This document shows positions 28,524-37,193 of a stretch of DNA of 64,000 bases, piece by piece. The notes below the pieces were generated by a model. That model searched no databases and was not told where the DNA came from. It was given only the letters and a program-made list of their open reading frames with translations. This stretch comes from Candidatus Fonsibacter sp. (lineage in GTDB: Bacteria > Pseudomonadota > Alphaproteobacteria > Pelagibacterales > Pelagibacteraceae), in the NCBI GenBank assembly GCA_009693745.1, contig SHWR01000001.1, forward strand, positions 476-64,475, written 5' to 3'. The first letter of the stretch is position 1, and the number at the start of each line of letters is the position of its first letter. Made by a program: the position numbers and the translations under genes.

Positions 28524-28853
28524 TTAATTATAATATAAATTAAGTATACCAAATAAAATTACACCAAATAAAGAGGAAAATAACACATTTTTTTTAGTGA
28601 GAAAAAGCACAACTATTGTAAGAGTGGCAACCGTAAGTCTAATTAATGTGGATGTTTGTTCTAGCGCACCAACAGGGTGAATAAAAATTCTGGCAATCAA
28701 AGCTGCTAAAATTCCATAAGAGATACATGAAACTAATTTAAATAATTTTCCTTTCTCATTAACAAAATCTGATGAGAAAACACCTAAAAACCTAGGTAAA
28801 TAGGTGGCAAAGGTTGTAATGACAATTGCAATATAAATATAAGTGTCTGACAT
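28524..28853 (-). CDS. azlD: AzlD-family branched-chain amino acid transport protein (small subunit)
   Basis: 109 aa, 3-4 TM. N-terminal ...TYLPRFLG resembles the AzlD pattern. Lies directly after azlC. Confidence 0.7.
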   Translation of the reverse strand: MSDTYIYIAIVITTFATYLPRFLGVFSSDFVNEKGKLFKLVSCISYGILAALIARIFIHPVGALEQTSTLIRLTVATLTIVVLFLTKKNVLFSSLFGVILFGILNLYYN

Positions 28854-28856
28854 ATT

Positions 28857-29552
28857 TTACCTAATAAAAAAAAAGTAAGAAATAATTCCTGAAATAACTC
28901 CAGCTAACACTACCGACCAGTCGGGTGTTACTAAAAATAAAATTGGCGCTATAATAATCGATAAAAGTACAGTTGATATAATATGAGGTTTATTTAGCAC
29001 CGATACAATCATACACATAAAATAAATAGGATTTAAAAAAATAACTGCTACAAAAACTTTTTTACTAATAATTCCAGCTGCAAAAAATCCAACAACAGTT
29101 GCAATAGTTGATAAAATCCAAAGAGTTGCACCAAGGCCTAAAAAAAAACTAAACCGACTTTCTTTAGTAATTTTATTATAATTAGAGAGCATATAAACCC
29201 AACTGGTTACTGCTATAAAATGTGCTAAAAAATAATAATGCCATCTTGGTCTATTTTTTTGTCTAATCACAGGAACAAGATTGACTGTCATTGGATATAA
29301 TCTTGCATTAGTTAAAAAAACAGCTATTAAAATATTAAGTAACGTACCATTAACAATTAAAGTTTCGGCCATCACTACTTGTCCCGGAAGAGCAAAACCA
29401 ATTAGTGTAGATAAAAAACTCTGCGTAGCATTTAATCCTGTATTTTTAAAAAGAGCACCTAGTGCAAAAAAACTTGCAGCAAGACTGATTCCTGGAATCC
29501 CAAGCGCTGTTAAACAGCCGTTTTTAAAATTGTTATCAAAAGTTTTATTCAT
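28857..29552 (-). CDS. azlC: AzlC-family amino acid exporter (large subunit)
   Basis: 231 aa polytopic protein. FALPGQVVMAE and NARLYPM resemble AzlC/BrnF/YgaZ motifs. Paired with azlD. Confidence 0.75.
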   Translation of the reverse strand: MNKTFDNNFKNGCLTALGIPGISLAASFFALGALFKNTGLNATQSFLSTLIGFALPGQVVMAETLIVNGTLLNILIAVFLTNARLYPMTVNLVPVIRQKNRPRWHYYFLAHFIAVTSWVYMLSNYNKITKESRFSFFLGLGATLWILSTIATVVGFFAAGIISKKVFVAVIFLNPIYFMCMIVSVLNKPHIISTVLLSIIIAPILFLVTPDWSVVLAGVISGIISYFFFIR

Positions 29553-30166
29553 AAATTAATTTTAGTACTCAAAATTTTATAAGCTAAAAATAATAAAGCA
29601 CATCCAGATACTCTACTTATTAAATTTGGATAGTTTTTAAGAAAGATTGCAATTTTGCTAGAGATGCCTGCATAAATTGTCAAAAAGAAAAAATCTAAAA
29701 ATACATGTGTTGTCATTAAAACGAGAAAATGAATTATAAAATTATTATTAGGATCTAAAAAAGTAGGAAACATAGCTACAAAAAAAATAATAGCTCCTGG
29801 ACTAAAGAAAGCTGATATAAATCCATCCTTAAATAAATCAAATGCTGAGCGAGAGCCAAAACTTTTGTTAATCGTAACGCTAGTTTTTCTTCTTAAAAAT
29901 TTTACTGCCAAATAAATTAAATACAATCCACCAATCCATTTAAAGCCATCAAGTACCTCAGGATAAGGCCTAATTAATGCATAGATACCAAAGGTGACGC
30001 ATATCATTTGAATAGCATTTGCAGATACATCTCCAAGTCCTGTCCATAAGCTTTTTGGAAATCCATAATTCATTGAGTTGGTTACAATTAATATTCTTTG
30101 CGGACCAGGAGTTATAAAAAGCACTGTAATTAACTGAACAAATAGTAAAAAATTATCTGGGATCAT
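29549..30166 (-). CDS. LysE/RhtB-family amino acid efflux protein
   Basis: 205 aa, 6 TM. The N-terminal ITPGPQRILIVTNSMNYG pattern (PGP motif) is typical of LysE/RhtB translocators. 4-bp overlap with azlC. Confidence 0.8.
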   Translation of the reverse strand: MIPDNFLLFVQLITVLFITPGPQRILIVTNSMNYGFPKSLWTGLGDVSANAIQMICVTFGIYALIRPYPEVLDGFKWIGGLYLIYLAVKFLRRKTSVTINKSFGSRSAFDLFKDGFISAFFSPGAIIFFVAMFPTFLDPNNNFIIHFLVLMTTHVFLDFFFLTIYAGISSKIAIFLKNYPNLISRVSGCALLFLAYKILSTKINL

Positions 30167-30185
30167 TGATCAATCTAGATTTATA

Positions 30186-30213
30186 TTGACTAATTATCTT
30201 AATAAAGTATTTT
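30186..30213 (+). promoter_or_regulatory. Candidate sigma-70 promoter for the metF-metE-metZ operon
   Basis: TTGACT (30186-30191), a 16-nt spacer, then TATTTT (30208-30213). The predicted transcription start is about 30220, exactly where the GC-rich element begins. AT-rich DNA produces many chance -10-like hexamers, so this is tentative. Confidence 0.3.
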
Positions 30214-30219
30214 GTGTTT

Positions 30220-30306
30220 GCGCTGAGTTATTCAAATTGCGGGCGCTATATAAATCCAGCTAAAGCGAGCAATCTATAATCACCGCTTTGCCTGGTGGTT
30301 TCTTTT
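30220..30306 (+). promoter_or_regulatory. GC-rich structured 5' leader with a terminator-like hairpin upstream of metF (candidate riboswitch/attenuator, class unresolved; SAM-II/SAM-V-type is the prime suspect)
   Basis: This is a local GC island in an otherwise AT-rich spacer. Hairpin CCAG-CU-AAAGCG (30256-30267) pairs with CGCUUU-GC-CUGG (30284-30295), followed by UGGUUUCUUUUG. The upstream helix GCGCU (30220-30224)/GGCGC (30242-30246) and the alternative CGCU (30244-30247)/AGCG (30264-30267) are mutually exclusive with each other and with the terminator. The AUUGC...CCAGCUAAAGC string is reminiscent of SAM-II/V conserved nucleotides, from memory only. Confidence 0.45.
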
Positions 30307-30343
30307 GAAAAAATTTCAAAAAAACCTTTGTTTAGTATGATTT

Positions 30344-31231
30344 ATGAACAAAGATTTAAATATTAGTTTTGAATTCTTTCCTGCAAAGGATGATGTAGGT
30401 CATGAAAATTTGTGGCAAAGTCTTAAAAAACTTGAGCAGTTTTCACCAAAATTTTTTTCTGTAACTTTTGGAGCAGGTGGAGGTGAAAGAGATAAGAGTG
30501 ATTTTCTAGTAAAAAAAATCCACAATAAATCCAATATCCCAGTTGCGGGACATCTTACATGTGTTGATATGAGTAAAGATGAAATTAACTCAATTGCGCT
30601 AGATTGGTTAAATAATGGAATAAATAAAATTGTTGCATTACGAGGAGATGTTAGAAAAAAAAATGCGAAATATATGCCTCATAAAAAAGGCTATATCAAT
30701 GCTGCTGATATGGTTAAAGGTTTAAAAAGATTAGGTAATTTTGAAATTTCAATAGCGGGATATCCAGAAAAACATCCAGACTCAGAAAATGAAATTAAAG
30801 ATCTTGAAAATTTAAAAAGCAAAGTCGATCAAGGAGCCGATAAAATAATTACTCAATTCTTTTTCAATGATGAAAAATTTCTAAAATTTAGAGACAAGGC
30901 AACGGCTTTAGGAATTAAAATTCCAATCATTCCTGGGATTCTCCCAATAGATAATTTCGAAAAGATAAAAAACTTTAGCAAAAAATGTGGAACGTCTATC
31001 CCAAGTTGGGTTGCACAAGAATTTATTGGTTTAGAAGTAGATAATGAAATTCAAAAAATTATTGGCGCTAGTATTGCATGTGATTTAGTTAAAAAATTGC
31101 AAACAGAGGGAGTTAATGAATTTCATTTTTATACACTAAATAAATATGAATTAAGTTATGCGGTGTGCAAAAGGCTAATCAACGATAAAATAAGAATAAT
31201 AAAAAATCAACAAAAGGAGTTATACACATAA
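30344..31231 (+). CDS. metF: 5,10-methylenetetrahydrofolate reductase
   Basis: 295 aa. Contains SFEFFPAK, FFSVTFGAGG, VAGHLTC and ALRGD. TAATG overlap with metE. Confidence 0.9.
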   Translation: MNKDLNISFEFFPAKDDVGHENLWQSLKKLEQFSPKFFSVTFGAGGGERDKSDFLVKKIHNKSNIPVAGHLTCVDMSKDEINSIALDWLNNGINKIVALRGDVRKKNAKYMPHKKGYINAADMVKGLKRLGNFEISIAGYPEKHPDSENEIKDLENLKSKVDQGADKIITQFFFNDEKFLKFRDKATALGIKIPIIPGILPIDNFEKIKNFSKKCGTSIPSWVAQEFIGLEVDNEIQKIIGASIACDLVKKLQTEGVNEFHFYTLNKYELSYAVCKRLINDKIRIIKNQQKELYT

Positions 31232-33510
31232 TGATAAAAGTAAATTGTATTGGTTACCCAAGAATAGGACCAAAAAGAGAATTAAAGACAGCTTTAGAAA
31301 AATATTGGAAATCTGAAATTTCTGAAAGTGATTTATTAGTATGCGCTAGCCAATTAAAAAAAAATAACTGGCAAACACAAAAAGATAATGGTGTTGATTA
31401 TATTTGCTCAAATGATTTTTCTTTTTATGATCAGGTTTTAGATACTATATGTTTGGTAGGTTCGATCCCAGAAAGATACAAACACAAAGATGATAAAGTT
31501 TCATTTAAAACTTATTTTGCAATGGCACGTGGATCACAAACAAAAGACTTAGATGTTCCAGCACTTGAAATGACAAAATGGTTTGACACAAATTACCATT
31601 ACTTAGTGCCTGAATTTTTAAAAAACCAAAAATTTAAACTAAGTTCAAATAAGCCATTTGATGAATTTGATGAGGCAAAAAGATTAGGCTTTAATACAAA
31701 GCCAATTATTTTAGGTCCTCTTACTTTTCTAAGCCTTGGAAAAACTAATGATGAATCTTTTAAAAGCATTGATTTATTAGATAATTTACTACCAGTTTAT
31801 GCTGAAATTTTATCTGGTTTAAATAAAAAAGGCGCCGAATGGATTCAAATTGATGAACCTATTTTAGTAAAAAATCAACATGCTGATTTTAATAAACTCA
31901 TCAAAAAAACTTTAAATCAACTAAAGAAATTTGCAGGTTCCTCTAAAATTATACTAACAACTTACTTTGAAAAACTTGATTCTGAAATTGAAAAAGAAAT
32001 TTTAGATAGCGATGTAGATGGCGTTCATTTTGATTTAATACGCGGAAAAATCCCAAATATAAACTCTTTAGAAGATAGTAATAAAACAATTTCTATTGGA
32101 ATTATTGATGGAAGAAATATTTGGAAATCAGATGTTAATAAAAAAATTGAGCAAGTAACAGAGTATTCAAAAAATATTAAAAACTTATGGATCTCATCTT
32201 CTTGTTCATTACTACACACTCCTTATGACTTAGGCTTAGAGTCTAAAGTTCCTGAAAAAATTAAAAAATGGTTATCATTTTCTAAGCAAAAACTTATTGA
32301 ACTTAATCATATCAAAATTTCATTGAACAAGGGTAATAATGAAATCAAAAATTACTTAGATGAAAATAAAAAAGATATCATAAACAGAGCAACGTCTGAT
32401 TTAATTCACGATGATAAAGTTAAACTAAGAACTAAAAATATTACAACGCAGATTTTAAATAGGAAATCTAACTTTATTAAAAGATCTGAAATACAAACTA
32501 AGGTGTTTAAATTGCCTTTATACCCAACGACAACTATTGGATCTTTTCCTCAAACATCTGATGTAAGAAATGCTAGAGCTAAATTTAAGAAAAATGAATT
32601 AAGCTTAAAAGAATATGAGGATTTTCTAAAAACAAAAACAATCGATGCTATTAAAAAACAAGAACAAATAGATATCGACGTTATTGTTCATGGTGAGTTT
32701 GAACGAAACGATATGGTTGAGTACTTTGGTGAACAGCTTAAAGGATTTACTTTCACCTCTAGTGGCTGGGTGCAAAGTTATGGTTCGCGATGTGTTAAAC
32801 CTCCAATTATTTTTGGAGACGTTTCTCGTCCAAAATCTATGACCGTACAATGGTCAAAATTTGCACAAAATCAAACAAAGAAAATCGTTAAGGGAATGTT
32901 AACAGGTCCAATAACAATTTTACAATGGTCTTTTGTTAGAGATGATCAGCCAAGAAAAGATACAGCATTGCAAATCGCATTTGCAATAAGAGATGAGGTT
33001 GAAGATCTTGAAAATAATGAAATTAAAATGATTCAAATTGATGAACCTGCCTTAAGAGAAGGTTTGCCTCTGAAGAAAAATGATTGGAAAGAATATTTAG
33101 ACTGGGCTGTTAAAGCGTTTCAAATTTCTGCCGCTGTTGCAAAAGATGAAACTCAAATTCACACTCATATGTGCTACGCTGAATTTGAAGATATTATTGA
33201 TGCTATTGCCGCCTTAGATGCTGATGTTATCTCCATAGAAACATCAAGATCTAGAATGGAATTATTAAAAACATTTGAAAAATTCAAATATCCAAATGAG
33301 ATAGGACCTGGTGTTTATGACATTCATTCTCCTAGGGTTCCTAATAAAAATGAAATGAAAGAACTTATTCAAAAAGCTTCTAAGTTAATTGATAAGAAAA
33401 GAATTTGGGTAAATCCAGATTGCGGACTTAAAACTAGAGGCTGGCCTGAAACAATAGCTGCACTAGAAACCATGGTTCAAGCAGCAAAAGAGTTGCGAAC
33501 TGAAAAATGA
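31231..33510 (+). CDS. metE: Cobalamin-independent methionine synthase (5-methyltetrahydropteroyltriglutamate-homocysteine S-methyltransferase)
   Basis: 759 aa two-domain protein. Has N-terminal GYPRIGPKRELK, TTTIGSFPQT, Zn ligands in THMCYAEF, and the C-terminal NPDCGLKTR. Confidence 0.95.
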   Translation: MIKVNCIGYPRIGPKRELKTALEKYWKSEISESDLLVCASQLKKNNWQTQKDNGVDYICSNDFSFYDQVLDTICLVGSIPERYKHKDDKVSFKTYFAMARGSQTKDLDVPALEMTKWFDTNYHYLVPEFLKNQKFKLSSNKPFDEFDEAKRLGFNTKPIILGPLTFLSLGKTNDESFKSIDLLDNLLPVYAEILSGLNKKGAEWIQIDEPILVKNQHADFNKLIKKTLNQLKKFAGSSKIILTTYFEKLDSEIEKEILDSDVDGVHFDLIRGKIPNINSLEDSNKTISIGIIDGRNIWKSDVNKKIEQVTEYSKNIKNLWISSSCSLLHTPYDLGLESKVPEKIKKWLSFSKQKLIELNHIKISLNKGNNEIKNYLDENKKDIINRATSDLIHDDKVKLRTKNITTQILNRKSNFIKRSEIQTKVFKLPLYPTTTIGSFPQTSDVRNARAKFKKNELSLKEYEDFLKTKTIDAIKKQEQIDIDVIVHGEFERNDMVEYFGEQLKGFTFTSSGWVQSYGSRCVKPPIIFGDVSRPKSMTVQWSKFAQNQTKKIVKGMLTGPITILQWSFVRDDQPRKDTALQIAFAIRDEVEDLENNEIKMIQIDEPALREGLPLKKNDWKEYLDWAVKAFQISAAVAKDETQIHTHMCYAEFEDIIDAIAALDADVISIETSRSRMELLKTFEKFKYPNEIGPGVYDIHSPRVPNKNEMKELIQKASKLIDKKRIWVNPDCGLKTRGWPETIAALETMVQAAKELRTEK

Positions 33511-34682
33511 AAAAAATAAAACTTGGAACGAGTACTAATTTAATTCGCGGAGGATTAAATAGAAGTCAGTTCAATGAGACTTCTGAAGCGTTGTTTCTAA
33601 CATCAGGATTTGTTTACAAAAGCGCTGAACAAGCTGAAGCTATTTTTAAAGGTAGTAAGAAAGGCTTTCAATATACTCGTTACTCGAATCCTACTGTTGA
33701 AACATTTGAAAAAAGATTAGCCCTACTAGACGGTTCTGAGGATTGTTTTGCAACAGCAAGTGGAATGGCTGCTGTTTTCTTTTCATTAATGTGTCAATTA
33801 AAAGCTGGAGATCACTTAATTTCATCCTCTGCTTTATTTGGATCTTGCAAAGAAATTATAAAAAATATTCTACCACGATATGGGATTGAAGTAACATTTG
33901 TCGATGGCAAAAATATAAATGAATGGGAAAAAGCTATAAAAATTAATACAAAAATTTTCTTTTTTGAAACTCCTTCAAATCCACTTTTAGAATTAATTGA
34001 TATTAAAGCGGTTTGTATTATTGCAAGAAAATATAAAATTAAAACTGTTGTAGACAACATTATTGCAAGTCCTGTTTTACAAAAACCAGTTTCATTAGGC
34101 GCTGACATTATTGTTTATTCAGGAACCAAACATATAGATGGACAAGGACGAGTTTTGGGTGGAGCGATATTATCTTCAACAAAATTTAAAGAAAGTATTC
34201 TAAAACCATTCTTAAGACATACAGGTCCTGCTATTAGTCCATTTAATGCCTGGGTTTTGCTAAAAGGTTTAGAAACTATTAGAATTAGAGTAGAAGCTCA
34301 GTCAAATGCTGCTTTAGAAATTGCTAATTTTTTAGAACAACATTCCAAGATTGAAAAAGTATTTTATCCATTCTTAAGAAATTTTCCTCAATACTCACTT
34401 GCTAAAAAACAACAAATACTTGGTGGGACAATTTTAAGTTTTAAAATAAAAGGAAAAAAAAAGAATGCATTTAAATTTATTAATAAATTAAAAATATTCG
34501 ATATCTCTAATAACTTAGGTGATACAAAATCTATTGTGACCCATCCAACTACGACCACTCACCGAATTTTAAGTGAAAATGAAAGATTATCCCTTGGTAT
34601 TACTGAAAATTTAGTAAGGTTGTCTATTGGTTTAGAAACAGTTTCCGATCTAAAAAAAGATATCGAAACAGCATTAAAATAA
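33507..34682 (+). CDS. metZ: O-succinylhomoserine sulfhydrylase-like Cys/Met-metabolism PLP enzyme
   Basis: 391 aa. YTRYSNPTVETFEKRLALLDGSE, ATASGMAA, and the PLP lysine in SGTKHIDGQG. ATGA overlap with metE. Confidence 0.8.
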   Translation: MKKIKLGTSTNLIRGGLNRSQFNETSEALFLTSGFVYKSAEQAEAIFKGSKKGFQYTRYSNPTVETFEKRLALLDGSEDCFATASGMAAVFFSLMCQLKAGDHLISSSALFGSCKEIIKNILPRYGIEVTFVDGKNINEWEKAIKINTKIFFFETPSNPLLELIDIKAVCIIARKYKIKTVVDNIIASPVLQKPVSLGADIIVYSGTKHIDGQGRVLGGAILSSTKFKESILKPFLRHTGPAISPFNAWVLLKGLETIRIRVEAQSNAALEIANFLEQHSKIEKVFYPFLRNFPQYSLAKKQQILGGTILSFKIKGKKKNAFKFINKLKIFDISNNLGDTKSIVTHPTTTTHRILSENERLSLGITENLVRLSIGLETVSDLKKDIETALK

Positions 34683-34685
34683 AAA

Positions 34686-34991
34686 TTATATTTTTAATCT
34701 TTCAACAATTTTATTATTCAATAAATGAGAATTCAAGATCTCTTCTATATCTTTTAAATTTTTAAAAGAATACCAAACTGCTTCTGGATAAATAACCATT
34801 ACTGGCCCAAGCTCACATCGGTCTAAACAACCAGATTTATTAATTCTAATTTTTTTATTGAGTTTTAGATCTTTTATTCTTTTCTTTAATTCTGCTTGAA
34901 GTGTTTCAGAATCTTTTAAACTGCAGCAACCTTTAGGATTAGAGTCTGGTCTTTTATTAACGCAACAAAAAACATGTTTTTCAAAAAACAT
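34686..34991 (-). CDS. Thioredoxin-like [2Fe-2S] ferredoxin
   Basis: 101 aa. Cys pattern HVFCCVNKR...GCCS...SGCLDRCELGPV..IYP...WY is typical of the Trx-fold 2Fe-2S ferredoxin family. Confidence 0.7.
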   Translation of the reverse strand: MFFEKHVFCCVNKRPDSNPKGCCSLKDSETLQAELKKRIKDLKLNKKIRINKSGCLDRCELGPVMVIYPEAVWYSFKNLKDIEEILNSHLLNNKIVERLKI

Positions 34992-35744
34992 TCAAATATT
35001 TTTGGTTAAAATTCTAACCAATAAAAAGTAAATAGGTCTTGGTAAAACTTGTAAAAGTTTAAAAATAATTTTCATTTGCAGTGGAAAAGTAATGTCGTAT
35101 TTTTTGCTTAATAATCCTTCAAAAATAATATCAGCAGCTTTATCTGCCTCCATAATAAAAGGCATATCAAACGTATTTTTCTCTATTAGCCTAGATTTAA
35201 CAAAGCCAGGATTAATGATACTTAGAGAAATATTATTTTTATCGCAATCAATTTTGATAGATTCAAAATAATTAATCATTACAGCTTTAGAAGGCCCATA
35301 AGATGAAGAGTTTGGCAATCCTCCAAGCCCTGCAAGCGAGCTTATAGCTGCGAGATGACCAGATTTTTGAAATTTAAAATGAGGCAAAAGAATTGAAAAG
35401 CAGTTAATCATACCAAAAAAGTTAACCGCAAAGGTTTTTTCAAATAATTCGAGCTTAATATCGAAAGTATTATGTGGCTCATAATAACCAGAACAATAAA
35501 TAGTTAGGTCAATAGTTTTAAATTCTTTTATAATTTGATTAATAATACTTTGACAATTGATTTTGTCAGTAACGTCCAAAGAAAATGTTGATATCTTTGT
35601 TCTTTTCGAGACGAATTCTAATTTAAAATTTTCTAATTTTTCCTTTGTTCTTCCTAATAAAATTAAATTATCACACTGATCTAAATATTTTTTACCAAGT
35701 TCATAACCTATGCCGAAAGTAGCTTCTATAATTACAACATTCAT
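34992..35744 (-). CDS. Short-chain dehydrogenase/reductase with a degenerate cofactor motif
   Basis: 250 aa. Catalytic SSLAG...YGPSKAV (S...YxxxK) and NPGFV are present. The N-terminal motif reads IIEATFGIG instead of the usual ITGASSGIG. Abuts the ferredoxin gene with no gap. Confidence 0.75.
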   Translation of the reverse strand: MNVVIIEATFGIGYELGKKYLDQCDNLILLGRTKEKLENFKLEFVSKRTKISTFSLDVTDKINCQSIINQIIKEFKTIDLTIYCSGYYEPHNTFDIKLELFEKTFAVNFFGMINCFSILLPHFKFQKSGHLAAISSLAGLGGLPNSSSYGPSKAVMINYFESIKIDCDKNNISLSIINPGFVKSRLIEKNTFDMPFIMEADKAADIIFEGLLSKKYDITFPLQMKIIFKLLQVLPRPIYFLLVRILTKNI

Positions 35745-35804
35745 AAATTTTACTTAATTAGCACCTATTAAAAATTATCAATAGTGATATAAGATAATAC
35801 TGAT

Positions 35805-37193
35805 ATGGCATCAAGAACTGAATCTGACAGTTTTGGTAAAATTAAAGTCCCAGCAGATAAATATTGGGGAGCTCAAACAGAGCGATCATTAAAATACTTT
35901 AAAATTGGAAAAATATTAGTTCCGCTTGAAATAATAAGAGCTATAGCCATTATTAAAAAAGCTGCTGCTATTGTTAATTTTAAATTCAAATCTTTAGATA
36001 AAAAAATTGCTCAAGCAATTATCAAGGCCTCAGATGAGGTAATTAAAGGAAAATTTAATAATCATTTTCCACTTAAAGTTTGGCAAACAGGTTCTGGCAC
36101 TCAAACTAATATGAACGTTAATGAAGTTATTTCTAATCGAGCAATAGAAATTTTAGGTGGAAAAATAGGATCAAAAAAACCTGTTCATCCAAATGATCAT
36201 GTAAATAAATCCCAATCCACAAATGATACTTACCCAAGCGCTATTCACATAGCTGTTGCTATTGACGTAAAAGAAAGACTTCTTCCTTCTTTAAAATTTT
36301 TAGAAAAAGAATTAGCTGTAAAAGTAAATAAATTTAAAAATATTGTTAAGATTGGAAGAACACATCTTCAAGATGCAACTCCGCTAACTTTGGGACAGCA
36401 ATTTTCTGGTTATCACATGCAAATTAAAAATTGCATTAAACGTATAGAGATAGCTTTAAAAGAGATGTATTTCCTTGCTCAAGGAGGAACAGCTGTTGGT
36501 ACGGGTATTAATACTAAAAAAGGGTTTGATAAAAAAATTGCATTAGAGATTAAAAAAATTACTAAACTACCATTTAAAACTGCTCCTAACAAATTTGAGG
36601 CACTTGCAAGTCATGAGCCAATAGTAAACTTATCTGGTGCATTTAATACTCTTGCTGTCGCTTTGATGAAAATTTCAAATGACATAAGATTTCTTGGCTC
36701 AGGTCCTAGAGCTGGTTATGCTGAACTTATTCTTCCAGAAAACGAGCCAGGATCATCAATCATGCCTGGCAAAGTAAACCCAACACAGTGCGAAGCTGTT
36801 ATAATGGTGTGCGCGAGAGTCATTGGTAACCACACTACAATTACTATTGCTGCATCAAACGGACATTTTGAATTAAACGTATTTAAACCAGTAATTGGTC
36901 ACAGCATAATCCAATCTATTGAATTGCTTTCTGACTCTATTGAGTGCTTTGTTAAATATTGTCTAAAAGGTCTTAAAGCAGATACAAAAAGAATTTCTCA
37001 ATTATTAAATAGTTCATTGATGCTAGTAACAGCTCTTGCTCCAAAAATTGGCTATGACAATGCTTCAATGATTGCAAAAAAAGCTCATAAGAATGGAACA
37101 TCTTTAAAAGAAGAAGCTTTAAAAAGCAGGTTGATTGATGAAAAAGAATATGACCGATTAATTAACCCAAGAAAGATGACTCATCCAAATTAG
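35805..37193 (+). CDS. fumC: Class II fumarate hydratase
   Basis: 462 aa. [16 protein letters not shown] signature, plus [10 protein letters not shown] and HPNDHVN. Confidence 0.95.
   Translation: MASRTESDSFGKIKVPADKYWGAQTERSLKYFKIGKILVPLEIIRAIAIIKKAAAIVNFKFKSLDKKIAQAIIKASDEVIKGKFNNHFPLKVWQTGSGTQTNMNVNEVISNRAIEILGGKIGSKKPVHPNDHVNKSQSTNDTYPSAIHIAVAIDVKERLLPSLKFLEKELAVKVNKFKNIVKIGRTHLQDATPLTLGQQFSGYHMQIKNCIKRIEIALKEMYFLAQGGTAVGTGINTKKGFDKKIALEIKKITKLPFKTAPNKFEALASHEPIVNLSGAFNTLAVALMKISNDIRFLGSGPRAGYAELILPENEPGSSIMPGKVNPTQCEAVIMVCARVIGNHTTITIAASNGHFELNVFKPVIGHSIIQSIELLSDSIECFVKYCLKGLKADTKRISQLLNSSLMLVTALAPKIGYDNASMIAKKAHKNGTSLKEEALKSRLIDEKEYDRLINPRKMTHPN

Noticed and set aside
30220-30306. Assigning the metF leader to the SAH riboswitch class (which often precedes metF) or to SAM-I/S-box.
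   Set aside because: GCGCUGAG superficially resembles part of the SAH core. I cannot find the matching AGGCUCGG or ACGGCGCUCA-type partner segments, nor a four-way junction of S-box size. The element is too short for SAM-I. The class is left unresolved.
30337-30366. A 9-codon upstream ORF (ATG ATT TAT GAA CAA AGA TTT AAA TAT TAG) overlapping the metF start, considered as a possible leader peptide.
   Set aside because: It lies downstream of the terminator-like hairpin, contains no Met/Cys regulatory codons, and is out of frame with metF. This is most likely chance in AT-rich sequence.
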